This document shows positions 25,416 through 37,700 of a stretch of 64,000 bases of DNA, piece by piece; positions within the stretch are counted from its first letter, which is position 1; every line of letters begins with the position of its first letter. Location: positions 125,612,001-125,676,000 of the forward strand of contig OX597816.1 of assembly GCA_951406725.2 (NCBI GenBank). Direction: 5' to 3'. Origin of the DNA: Octopus vulgaris (Eukaryota). The notes under the pieces are model-generated. The model worked only from the letters and a program-made list of their open reading frames with translations. It ran no database searches and was not told the DNA's origin. The translations under genes and the position numbers were made by a program.

Positions 25416-28382
25416 CTGTTGTGCCTTATACGGATCACAAACTTGTAACGTGTGAGGTACATGTAGATAAATGCCATAGACAAGGTCCCGGGTACTGGAA
25501 GATGAACAAGTCTATTTTGACCTGTGAAGCTTTCCGTACTCGGATTAAGGAATTAGTACAGAGGGCATTATGTGGCACCATCATTAATAATAGATAGTGG
25601 CTCGCCCTCAAAAGAGCCATCCGTTTGGAGTCCATTAGATTTAGCAAACAGCTAAGTTTAGATAGGACTAGAATAGAGGGCGAGTTATTTAAGAACTTAG
25701 ACGAGGCTATGGAATCTGGCTGTGCATCCGGAGTGTTGGCAGCGAGAGCGGTATTGTACCGTCACCTCAACGCCAAGCACGAGGGGTGTAGAGTCAGAGC
25801 TAAGTTACGTGCAGGAAAACGAGAAAGTATTAACGTTGCCGGATGGGCCCGTCGTGAGGAGAGTCAGAAGGGCAAAAAGTCCTGTATTATGTCCTCAACT
25901 GACGAACAGGACCGCAAGATCTATGGGCAGGAGGAGATGCAGAAAGTCCTTCACCAGCATTTCGCACGGCTGTTTGGGGACGGTGGTCCGCTCGAGCGTG
26001 GGGAGACCTTAAAGGACTTCCTAGCCGGTGGGCCTCGGCTCTCGGCAGGTGAGGCGGAGTGCTGTGAAGGATCGATCTCTCCCGCGGAGGTAAGAGGGGT
26101 TATGGCCGAGTGCGCCGGGGAAAAGTCGCCGGGATTGGATGGTCTACCCTATGAATTTTATTGTTGTATGCCGGACTTGTTCGGGGACATACTGGCAAGC
26201 GTCTATGCAAACTGGCAACAGAATGGGAGGATTCCCAGCTCTGTGAGTCGGGGAGTTGTGACGCTGGTCCAGAAAGACCCGAGCAAGGGGGACAGTATTA
26301 GTAATTACAGGCTCATAACTCTACTTAATGTAGAGTTTAAGATTTTGGCCAAGGTGTTGGCAAAAAGGTTGACGGCTGTCGTGGAGAAACTTGTCGGGAA
26401 GGCACAGACATGTGCAATCCCAGGCAGGTCGATCCAGGATAATCTTCACCTTCTCCGCTACACTATAGATAGGGTCGGGAAATTAGACGGCAAAGGAGGG
26501 GCATTGGTCCATTTAGACCAAAGTAAAGCGTTTGATAGGGTAGACCATCGGTACTTGGCGGCGGTTCTCGAAACGGCTGGGCTGGGCCCTGGCTTCTGCG
26601 GGTGGATCTCAGCTATGTACAGCGGCATCAAGTCCACAGTCCAGATAAATGGTTACCTAACGGAGCCGTTTTCGATCAAGCGTTCAGTCCGTCAAGGGTG
26701 CCCCTTGTCCCCGCTCCTGTATGTTTTGGCTCTTGAGCCATTGCTGCGGAAGCTGGAGAAGTTGAGAGGCAACCCTAATGAAATCGGATGCGGTAAGTCT
26801 GTTTCTGCCTATGCGGGTGACGTCACCCTCATCGTGTCCAACGGAACACAGCTACCTCGGGTAGTAGGTGCTCTCCATAGATACGAAGCGGTGGCAGGGG
26901 CAAAAGTTAACAGGGACAAGTCCATCGGTTTGCGCCTCGGCACCTGGAGGAACAAGCCGATATCGTCCAGTGTTGTTGGACACTGGACGGATGGTCCTGT
27001 TAAATTGCTCGGAGTCTGGTTTGGTCCAGACTCCCAGACGGAGAAGAATTGGAGCGAGGTAACGAGCAAGGTGGATGCCATAGTACGGAAGTGGTCCGGA
27101 AGGCATCTTTCCTTGAAAGGGAGGGCGGAGGTGGCACAGATGTTTATAGCCTCTGTAGTCACCTACTGCCTGACCGTCGTGCCTTGCCCCGATTCGTGGT
27201 TAAACAAGTTGGAACGACTCCTTTTCCGCTTTTTGTGGAAAGGAGGAAAGCCACTTGTGAGACGCTCCGTGTGTTGCCAGGAACCGCTAAAGGGTGGACT
27301 GGGGATGCCTTTGCTAATGATGCGCAAGCATGCGTTAAGGCTGAGACACCTCTGGTGTTACCTGGAGGATGATAAGGTGTGGAGTTCGCTGGCAGAGGAA
27401 TTCTTCCCGCGACCGGCTTCTATGGAGGAATTTACACCCGGTCTCATTAAAGGACGTAAACTGACTTCATGGCAGAAGGAGTGCCGACAGGCACTCTGGC
27501 TGATCCACAAGATGGGTAAGGCCGGCAGCGGGAATACCACCTCGGTGTTCTATAAAGGGCTGGTAAAGGGAAAAAATGACGACGTCCTAGGAAGGGCTCT
27601 GGGGTTCGATGAGGATCAACTCTCCAACCTGTTTAAGAAGACTTTCAGGTCGGGGTATTTGGATAATTACCAAAAATCCCTGACCTGGCAGTGCTATAGG
27701 AATGCATTACCTGTTCGCGAGAAGTTATCCAGGCACGGAATGTCAGTGCCACCGACGTGTCCAAGATGTGGGTTGGACGATGAAACCGTTCAACACGCTT
27801 TTGTACAATGTCGGGAGCTGTCAGGCTTGATAAGTTACGTGGAACACGTGTTGTCGCATCTGGGACGAGTACAGCTGTCGGCTGGATCTATGATTAAGAT
27901 GATACCGCCAACTGGACTCTCAAAGGAAGGTAAGGCTTGTTTTTACTGTACGGTGACAGTATTGAAAGAGTGTGTATGGAGAACTAGAGTGGAAGGTCTA
28001 GTGAAAGGGTCCTTTATCTCTGGCCCCGGTTTGTTAAAACACTTCGGATATCATCTGAAGAGCAAGATGGGGTTGGAGAAGAGGAGCATGCCACAGAAAG
28101 AGTATATGGAACGTTGGAAGGATGTGATGAGAAAGGAAAAATCAGCTGCTGGGATTTATAGGCTGCCGGGTTCAAAATTGAAACTGGTACCTCCCATTAC
28201 CTTTCACTGTACAAAGAAAAGAAAACATACGCACTAAAAGTTCTCGTGATAAAGGCAAAAGTAAACCAAGGTTTCGTTTCAAGGTAAAGTAAGCCAAGTT
28301 TTCGTTCAAGTTACATAAAATTTTATTTTTGTAATTTTTATAATTTCATTCGAACTCGCATAGCATTTTTGTAATTGTTTAT
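25416..28382 (+). mobile_element. Young 5'-truncated Tx1/L1-clade LINE: end of EN, RT, CCHC zinc finger, 3' UTR
   Basis: YTDHKLV, GPGYWKMN, KSPGLDGLP, DQSKAFDRV, VRQGCPLSP, YAGD (YADD mutated), CPRC..ETVQHAFVQC. 870-aa ORF at 25625-28237, with one in-frame stop at 25595-25597. Confidence 0.93.
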
Positions 28383-28520
28383 CTTAGCTGTTCGGCAAAA
28401 GTGTCCGATAGAATAAGAACTAGGCTTACAAAGAATAAGTCTCGGAGTCGATTTCTTCGACTAAAACCCTTCAAGGTGCTCCAGCATGGCCGTAGTCAAA
28501 CGACTGAAACAAGTAAAATA
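28383..28520 (+). mobile_element. 3' part of interrupted SINE
   Basis: cttagctgttcggcaaaag..gcttacaaagaataagt..gactgaaacaagtaa matches 4154-4280. Confidence 0.8.
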
Positions 28521-28555
28521 ATAAAACAATATATATAAATACATATGTATATAAT

Positions 28556-28598
28556 TTGATTTGAAAACCCCACTGGAATGGGAGAAAGCGCTAATAAT
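28556..28598 (+). ncRNA. Minimal hammerhead motif (U3-A8)
   Basis: ttgat TTGAAAA c ccca ctggaa tggg a GAAA gcgc TA ataat. Palindromic stem III AGCGCT; stem I weak. Confidence 0.55.
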
Positions 28599-28986
28599 CT
28601 GAATGATATGATCTGAATGATATGATATATATATGTAAAAAATGTAATATATAAATAAATATCTATAAATATGAACCATACGATCTTCTGATTACCTCAT
28701 TTCTTCTATATATATATATATATATATATATATTCATATATATATATGAAAATATACATACACACTCATATCATATGTATACACACACGCACACGTACAC
28801 ATTAATGTAAATTAAGGATCTTTTAATGCATTTAGTTCCATACATAGGTTTTATTAATATTTACGAGAAAATGTTTGCAATGACTCCGAAATATGGGTTT
28901 ACTGGATCTCAGTAGACCGTCTGACATTCTGGTGATTGCTAGAAAACCAAAGAAATCACTATCAACTTCTTCCGTGAAAAGTATTA

Positions 28987-29019
<33 letters not shown>

Positions 29020-29041
29020 TCGTGCGTGTGTGCGCGCGCGC

Positions 29042-29079
<38 letters not shown>

Positions 29080-30511
29080 ACGATGGAACTTTTAAGTTAA
29101 GATATTTTGGAAAATATATCACGTGTGAAGAGCGAGTTAGAATGAAACAATTTTGGAATGTAAGGCTCGTGAAAGAATAAAGATTACTGGAGCAGATTAA
29201 AATATAATTTCGATATTGTTTGATAACCTAACATTTCCTTCGTCTAATGTTTAAATTTTTAAATTATTCATTTCCTTTCTGTGTATTTTAATAAACGAAT
29301 CGAATAATTCTGACAGGTTTGTATATATGGGTGGTAAGGTTGAATTGTCTAATATATCTATTTTGTAGTTATCTAGAATTGGATGATATAAAATTAAAGT
29401 TTTTAAAATATTATGAGAATGTTTATCATGAAGTAGATTTGTGACGTTTAATGAAAAATATGTATTAGCATTACGCATAATCTTTATACTTTAAAGATAT
29501 CATAATGCAAGATATGTAATCTATAGTATTACAAATGTAAGTATTGTTGCTAGAGTAATAAATACTGGTGTAATAATATTTATAATGATATTAATATTTC
29601 TGGATAAAGAAATAAACTAGTATTAATTGTGTTAATATTATGAATCTTATTACATGTAATCTAATGATATGAGAGTGATCTCAACTTTTAAGAGCGTTTG
29701 TTAAAGGAGAAGCTCATATCACGAAGTGAATATTTCATTTTAAATGTATTTACAGAGGGTTTAGTGGGATTAATGTGAATACGTACTGATATATTGGACA
29801 ATAACAAAATTGCTTCAGAAATAATATAGAAAGCTAGAAATATTGTCATCTGCACCTTGATTTGAACTACTTAGGATATTGTTAGTGAATTAATGCTGTC
29901 AGCTCAAAGGTGTGATTACAAGCGAGTTTACTGTATTAGTTAATACGCTAGCTGAAAGCCTCTTAGCAATAGTCAAAAACTGTAGCCTCGGAAGGATAGT
30001 GGTGTCTCTATAACAAGAAAGGATAATTTAGGCAATTACATTTAAAGTTAGAGGTTGCAAGAAGTTCGAAACACATTTACAAATTTATGATTATTAGGAA
30101 GTTTAGTTCAATAGTGGGATAAGTAGGAAAGGAAGATCACCTATTTATATTTATACAAAAATGTGTTATATGAAATATCACGTGCGTAAATTCTATTAAT
30201 AAAGTAGGATAGAATGAAAAAATCATATAGGACAGTAGATGATTTGTTGACACCTACACATAGTATAAGTATTATATAAGATATCAACATTTCAGGATAG
30301 AGAAAATTTTTGAAATGCTAGAATGTCTTAAACGCTTTTGTGGGGATGAGGAAGTACGTTTGGAGTGGTAGTTAAGATGAGGTATTTTATTACTAAGGAT
30401 TTTCAAGTTCTCCGCAACACATATAGCTGACAACGTGTTTTTTTTTTTGTTTTTTTGTTTTTTGTTAGTGATAGTCTGCAACTCCAAGTTTAATAACTAA
30501 ATAGCATCAGA

Positions 30512-31235
30512 CTTATAAATTAGGGCAAAAGAAAAAAATCCGGTGCTAAATATACCGAGAATAGACTTTACATCGTCAATAACCGCACATAATTCATCAC
30601 TATAAGCACACGTCTCGAAGCAAGCTGACAGAAATTTCTAAAAAAATTCAGTTATTACTGAATCGGTCCGATTTCTGAGTTAATTCATAAAGAATTTTCT
30701 CGTCATCAGCGATAATTGCTTTAAGAAATAAATGAAATACTTGCACCCATGGAAAAACCAGACGCAAAGTCATGTGTACACTTAAGTACCCCAAATATAT
30801 CCAAATAGAAATATTGCCGTACACCTCGAGACACGTGCGATCAGACTGAAAATTCTCATAGAGTAGGAGATAGTTCGGAAGGAAATGGTAATAAATTTAC
30901 ATCTAATATAGGATAAACTTTTCAAAAATATTATCAGTGGCCAGCATATTAATAAATATCTTTTAAGGTGAAAATTATAAATAAATTATAAATAAGGGCA
31001 AAAGAATAAACTTCCAATGCCGAATATGCCGAGAATAGACTTTAAATTGCTTCGAGACGCGTGATGAATTATATGTGCTTACTGACGATTTCAAGTCTAT
31101 TCTGGGCATATTTGGCATTGGATTTGTTTTCTTTTGCCCTTATTTATAAGTTGTTTATAATTTTCACCCTAAAAGAAACTTTTTAATATGCTGGCCACTG
31201 ATAAATTTTTTTGAAAATGTTATCCTATATTAGAT
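30512..31235 (-). mobile_element. PLE-type non-coding element: direct repeat plus terminal fold-back
   Basis: 30901-31046 pairs with 31085-31235, and 30512-30623 is an inverted copy of 31047-31150. Contains an HHR. Confidence 0.65.
30654..30716 (-). ncRNA. Type I hammerhead ribozyme
   Basis: Minus strand: attatcg CTGATGA c gag aa aattc tttat gaatt aa ctc a GAA ATCGG A CCGAT T cagtaat. Confidence 0.7.
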
Positions 31236-31302
31236 GATATATATGTATATGTATATATATGTGTACATATATGTGTGTGTGTGTACGTATGTATGTATAT
31301 AT

Positions 31303-31790
31303 CGATTCACCCCTCAACTTCTCCCACCCTATACACACCGAGCTCTCCATCCACTACTACCAATTCCTCCGTCTGCGCAGGCTCTGCAGTGACACGCATG
31401 ACTTTGATACCCAGTCTGAACTCATGGCTCACCACTTCATCCTACGTGGATATCTCCTCACCACTATCCACACCGCCCTTGCCAGAGCACGTTCCGTGGA
31501 CCGTGCATCTGCTCTCTCTCTCTCGCCGCACTCACCCCGCCGTCATCCGTCTCCCGTTTACCCTCACCTACTACTCCTCCACGCTACCTCTCTAACGCAA
31601 TTCCAGTCCGACCCCTCCACTTCGGACATCTTCCCTAACCTACTCCTCCCCTCCATCAAACGAGCCCACAACCTACGTGACCTCCTGGTCCACAGTTTCT
31701 TCCCTAACTGACCTCACAGTCTGACTCCTCCCCCTGCTCCCGCCACGCTGCTGCACTTGCACTTACCTCTCCAACACCACCATCCTCACT
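31303..31790 (+). pseudogene. Penelope-like element RT C-terminus/linker fragment
   Basis: SHPIHTELSIHYYQFLRLRRLCSD...RGY...KRAHNLRDLLVHS followed by a Cys-rich knuckle remnant. Confidence 0.75.
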
Positions 31791-31794
31791 GGCA

Positions 31795-32163
31795 ATGGGC
31801 TACCTGTAGGTAATAATATATTAGGACTCATTATCTACCTTTGGAAACCCCCTTTCCCTGTACATAAAAGAAAATTGGAAAAGATTCCTAGACGACTGTT
31901 TCATACTCTGGAATAAAAACACAGATAAACTCCTGAAATTCAAAAGACAATTGAACAGCGTCAACCCAAACATACAGTTCACAATGGAGTACAACCAAAA
32001 GGAGCTTCTATTCTTAGATATACTAATTAAAAAAATAAACCTAAAAATAGAGACTGACATATTTTACAAAACCACAGACGCCAAACAATATCTACTATTT
32101 AATTCATGCCACCCAACACACACCAAAACAAACATTCCCTTCAACCTTGCAAGAAGGATATAA
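31795..32163 (+). pseudogene. Penelope-like element RT fragment (second subfamily)
   Basis: WKRFLDDCFILW, NSVNPNIQFTME, FLDILI, TDIFYKTTD..QYL.FNSCHP.HTK.NIPFNLARRI. Confidence 0.85.
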
Positions 32164-32368
32164 AGGAAAAAAATATAAACAAAAACCTAACCACTTGTAA
32201 CATTCTATTCCTTCTAAACCAAATCATGTTAAATTAATCAGGCCTAGTCATTCCCAACAGTTTTGATTATCTCCCTTATACCGGAAAATCCCTGATTACC
32301 TTTCCCTACCTGGAACTCCATATTTCACGACATAGCGAAGATATGATACGATATAGGAAAAGAAATTT

Positions 32369-32407
32369 GAGAAATTTGAAAAGAAATTACGAAACCGGTT
32401 ATTTCTC
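32369..32407 (+). ncRNA. Minimal hammerhead ribozyme (U3-A8) in PLE terminal region
   Basis: gagaaat TTGAAAA g aaatta c GAAAC cg GTT atttctc: 7-bp stem I, 1-bp stem II, palindromic ACCGGT stem III. Confidence 0.75.
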
Positions 32408-32525
32408 CAAAAACTATTTTACTATACGCAAAATTTTATAACATTTTTCTAACATAACGATTTAAATATATTCTTTAACCATATAACACAAGCCTTCTGT
32501 ACCTTTTTCTCTCTTTTTGTCTTTC

Positions 32526-32613
<88 letters not shown>

Positions 32614-32728
32614 AAATTCTTCGCTTGCATGTTTGAGTTTGTTGGCACTGTTAGTTACGAGCAGATCTTCGAAAGCGATGAGTTGCCGAGGGGGTATGCT
32701 CTTACTTTCAGTGTTTTCAAATCCAAAC

Positions 32729-32801
32729 CAAGGAGTTTCTGGGCTGATGATAGAAGTGTCGTGTTGACTAATCTTGAAACGTACGTTCTCAAATAACCTT
32801 T
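32729..32801 (+). ncRNA. Type I hammerhead ribozyme, 555-bp unit 1
   Basis: tggg CTGATGA t aga agt gtc gtgtt gac taa tct t GAAAC gtac GTT ctca. Extended stem I aag..gtt/aac.ctt. Confidence 0.75.
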
Positions 32802-33283
32802 GCATTTGATTTTTTGATGTCCTTACCCCAAACTTTCGTGAGTTGAGTTAAGCAAACACTATAAGAGAGAGATTTTCTTAAGTATTAGAAATAGCTTTAA
32901 AAAGTATTTTAGCTGCTATTTCTAATGAGTTCAGTATGCGGCAAAGTAATTTATTTTACTAAGCCCTTTTTTATATAATGTAATAATTTGAATTCGCCTT
33001 AAATGGTCCCTTTGCATGCTGAACACTTGGTGAGATTGATTAATAATTAATTAATTTTACCCTCAATTGTTGAAATTATAATTAATCTCCTCTAATTAAT
33101 GCTTCGGACTTTACCGAAATAAGCATAGTGTTTGCTAATTTTAACCCACGCTGGTGGAAGGGAGAACAGAAATTCTTCGCTTGCATGTTTGAGTTTGTTG
33201 GCACTGTTAGTTACGAGCAGATCTTCGAAAGCGATGAGTTGCCGAGGGGTATGCTCTTACTTTCAGTGTTTTCAAATCCAAAC

Positions 33284-33356
33284 CAAGGAGTTTCTGGGCT
33301 GATGATAGAAGTGTCGTGTTGACTAATCTTGAAACGTACGTTCTCAAATAACCTTT
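33284..33356 (+). ncRNA. Type I hammerhead ribozyme, 555-bp unit 2
   Basis: Identical motif; CTGATGA at 33299. Confidence 0.75.
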
Positions 33357-33836
33357 GCATTTGATTTTTGATGTCCTTACCCCAAACTTTCGTGAGTTGA
33401 GTTAAGCAAACACTATAAGAGAGATTTTCTTTAAGTATTAGAAATAGCTTTAAAAAGTATTTTAGCTGCTATTTCTAATGAGTTCAGTATGGGCAAAGTA
33501 ATTTATTTTACTAAGCCCTTTTTTATATAATGTAATAATTTGAATTCGCCTTAAATGGTCCCTTTGCATGCTGAACACTTGGTGAGATTGATTAATAATT
33601 AATTAATTTTACCCTCAATTGTTGAAATTATAATTAATCTCCTCTAATTAATGCTTCGGACTTTACCGAAATAAGCATAGTGTTTGCTAATTTTAACCCA
33701 CGCTGGTGGAAAGGGAGAACAGAAATTCTTCGCTTGCATGTTTGAGTTTGTTGGCACTGTTAGTTACGAGCAGATCTTCGAAAGCGATGAGTTGCCGAGG
33801 GGGTATGCTCTTACTTTCGTGTTTTCAAATCCAAAC

Positions 33837-33909
33837 CAAGGAGTTTCTGGGCTGATGATAGAAGTGTCGTGTTGACTAATCTTGAAACGTACGTTCTCAA
33901 ATAACCTTT
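33837..33909 (+). ncRNA. Type I hammerhead ribozyme, 555-bp unit 3
   Basis: Identical motif; CTGATGA at 33852. Confidence 0.75.
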
Positions 33910-34179
33910 GCATTTGATTTTTTGATGTCCTTACCCCCAAACTTTCGTGAGTTGAGTTAAGCAAACACTATAAGAGAGATTTTCTTTAGTATTAGAAATA
34001 GCTTTAAAAAGTATTTTAGCTGCTATTTCTAATGAGTTCAGTATGCGGCAAAGTAATTTATTTTACTAAGCCCTTTTTTATATAATGTAATAATTTGAAT
34101 TCGCCTTAAATGGTCCCTTTGCATGCTGAACACTTGGTGAAATTGATTAATAATTAATTAATTTTACCCTCAATTGTTG

Positions 34180-34237
<58 letters not shown>

Positions 34238-34389
34238 AATATCAACCGAATATTCGAGGAAGTTATTGGTGGAAGAGGATTGCAAGCATAATTGGTAAAT
34301 AAATCCATATTGGATAAGTTTGTATACTACGGGTGAAATTTAATATATGTAAGAAATGGCTTTGCTGGAAAGAGAAAATATCAAGCGCA

Positions 34390-34740
34390 ATCACTGTATT
34401 GTGGTAAAGAAGTTAAGTTTTCAACTACATGGCTTCGGATTCAGTCTCAATACGCAAAACTTTTCTACTATAGTCCGGTTGACCAATAATTTGTTATTCA
34501 CTCTGATAGTTAGTAACTGTATTGAAGCCTGATGTGCATGTAAATGTATTTGTATGCTTATATGTATATCTGTATATGTTTCAATGGATCTATGTATACT
34601 AATCTGTATTAGTGTCGCACCGCTTGATAATCGATGCTACTCTAAGTCCCCGTCAGCTAGATGTTCGATAAAACTAAACCAATAGCACAAGTACAAGAAA
34701 CACAATGATTCTTTGAGTAGAATTAATCAACTAACCCTTC
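34390..34740 (+). mobile_element. Old, degraded SINE (family of 3873-4280)
   Basis: Collinear remnants: tgtggtaa..caactacatgg.ttcggattcagtc..ttctactatag..cgcttgataatcgatgct..gtccccgt. Confidence 0.55.
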
Positions 34741-37700
34741 GTATCCCAATGAATGAGTTTAATAAAAGCCTAGTTATGTCTTCCAATAAAAAAAAATATA
34801 TAGCCTCACTCATGGAACTCCAGTAGCGTTTTCATAATTTGCAGAATGACGGCGTCACTGACCGCGATTAGAGACAGCTTGGATAGCAATTATTCGTAAT
34901 GTGTACATTTAAATATCTTCAAATAATAATTGAGCAGTTGTTTGCAGGACATGTTCCGCTCTGTTTATAAACATTCAGTGTTATACGTTGGAATATCCTA
35001 TATAGCAAAGTATCCCTCTTGATTCATTCAAATGAATACGACGAGAAATCACATTAGGCTTTATGATATTAGGTAAGACTTTGAACGCTTTTGATTGTGG
35101 CGACATAAATAGCACAATGAAAACAGCAGAATTTAATTTAAAATACACTACATGTAGGAGAGAAAAGGAGAATAAACAGTTAATAGCAAGAAAGGCAGGT
35201 AAGCGACAGATACGTTTCGTGTCCCGAAGCGTTGCTTCTTGTTCTTTTCTATTTCAAATTAGTGTTTAGAGTATTATATCCTTTTTGTTGAAAATTCTCA
35301 GCAATTCTTTCATAATATAGCAGGTAGGAGAAATTATTTTTTGTTGATGGTTTAAGCTAAAAAGATATCTTCTATCAGCATTACAACGGTTACAGACACT
35401 TCAAGTCGTTAATTTTGTTTTTGATGAGATAGAATATTAAGTAACACTTTCAATACTTTACCCTTTATTGCCTATCATACTTACTAATTAATCGCAGCTT
35501 TATTTTAATTATACTGATTTCAGAAAGAAGAAACGTAAAGCGCTTTGGCAACTTAGGGATTTTCAATTTGTTCTTGTCAGTCTAAGATTTATATGTTCAT
35601 ATCCGATTGTCTAACTTCATACTACCTCTCTTGATTTTACTTTTTTGTGAAAATTTACATAATTTTTGCAGTTATATAAACTGTAAAGGCTTTACGTAAC
35701 ATCTTTTGCATTAATTATAAAGATCATTGTTTTCCCCATTTGTTCATTTTTGTATTTTTTACTTTTGTTTTGGTTTTTTTCTTCTAATTACAAGCATTAT
35801 CTGATAGAAAGTTCAGCTGTCTTCATGGCAGTGAAGAGCTGTATTAAATATGGAAACGGTGTACATCTAACAAAACAATCGTTCTGGTTTATCAAGTAAA
35901 AACATTTGTAAAATGTCCAGAATAAATGACTTGACAATAATTTGAGTATACTCTTTATGCCAATTTGTAAAATTAAATTTTAAACCAAAGTTGAATCTCC
36001 TCTAGAAGAAACGCCTTCTGCCAATATATTGAAATTGCAATTATTAGAGTAATTATCAAAATTTTGCAATTGCTGAATTTTGAGAACATTTATTTTTTAG
36101 AGCTGAAGATTATGCACAGTATATACAGTATACAGAGTATTCACATTATACACAGTATAAGTAATGCAGCATTATTGTTTTGTTTTACCTTCCTTCTAGT
36201 CCTTTGTTCTAACTATGAATCCAAAGCTATATATATATGTATATATATATATAAATTTACCTCAAAGAAAAGGGAACATTTCCGAAACTCTCCGCATGAA
36301 AATAGCTATATTATTATTCAAATTGTTTTCACATCTGAAAGTAGAAATATTTGTTTAGTGACTGTTTATAAAAACAATTAATCTGCTCGTTCAACTTTTT
36401 ATGCTTTTACCTAGTGGAATTATAAACAGCAGACGTTTTTCTAATAGCTTGAGCAACCACTAAGTACACGTACAGCACTTTAACAACATTACCTGACCAT
36501 AGAGTGTATGGGGAAATCAATAATTCGTGACTTACATCAAAAGTGTAAAACGAAGCGTCCTATTTATCACCCATTAGAAGAGAAAATTACTTTCGATAAT
36601 CCTTCACAGATTTTACTATTTTCGTTCATACCGTCACAGTCAATGCATCTGATTACTTCTTCTTGATCACAGCTTCGATGTCAACATTACTTGCGTCATA
36701 AAGATTTTTCTCTTCTTTCCTTTTTTTTTATTATAATCCGAAGCAAGTGCAATTTTAGCAATATTATTCATCTAACAAGATGAACCTCTAAACACTTCGG
36801 GTGCATTTGTTAATGAGAGACTGAATCGACAGACTGTCAATAACATAGCTTTAATATATTCCTAACTTATATATCACATTAATTCTAAATGAATGATGAG
36901 TTGATGTATAGATATAAATCAATGTCTTGTGGAGTCTGAAACGTAACATCTAAGCAACGGTTTTATCGTAACAGAGATATGTATCTTATTAACTATATCA
37001 TTTGCAATAAAGGATGATTGAATATGTTAAAAATATGAAATTTCTTTTGTTCTGCTTATTTATTGTACATAGTTAAGTTAATGATTATAGACTATACACA
37101 ATTATGAATTGATGGAATTTGTAATAACGTAGTCTCTGTCACTACTGGATAAACAACAAAGCTGTCAATATGAATGATTTACCAATCTATTGAAGAATAT
37201 TAAATGGTAAGATATATTTAACAAAACGACGAAAAATATTACCGAAATTAATTGCAGCATTCAAGAATATTCTGAACTTAATATAGTATTCATTGTTCAA
37301 ATAAGATTTCGTATGAATTTACTAAAAGAAATATATATTTTCGTTAAATTCGTTACTGGTTACTGGTCTGGTAATCGATACTCTATTGTCCGGGAAGAGG
37401 TTTTTCATTAGCCATTAGCAAGTGCCACACAACAACGATATATGCTACACCTATGCGAAATTGAAACAAGTAAGGATATGTTTTCTTAGTGTTGAGAATA
37501 TTCGACTGAAAATTTGGGGATAAATAAGAGTGTGGGTTCATGGTTGTTAATGATTAGTTTAAACTGTTTCAAATATCTAATCAGCAGGATCTTGAAATAT
37601 TTTATGTCAGAACTCAGCAGAAAGGTGCGTTTCTCCCTCTTTATTTTTATGGTTCTTTTACAAACAAACAGTTCAGCATTCTCAAATAGTAACTGTTCTT

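Larger units (their letters stand above)
32612..34183 (+). repeat. Head-to-tail array of ~555-bp hammerhead-bearing monomers (retrozyme-like), ~2.8 copies between (TA)n tracts
   Basis: Units start at 32612, 33168 and 33721 and are near-identical. One HHR per unit. Confidence 0.9.
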
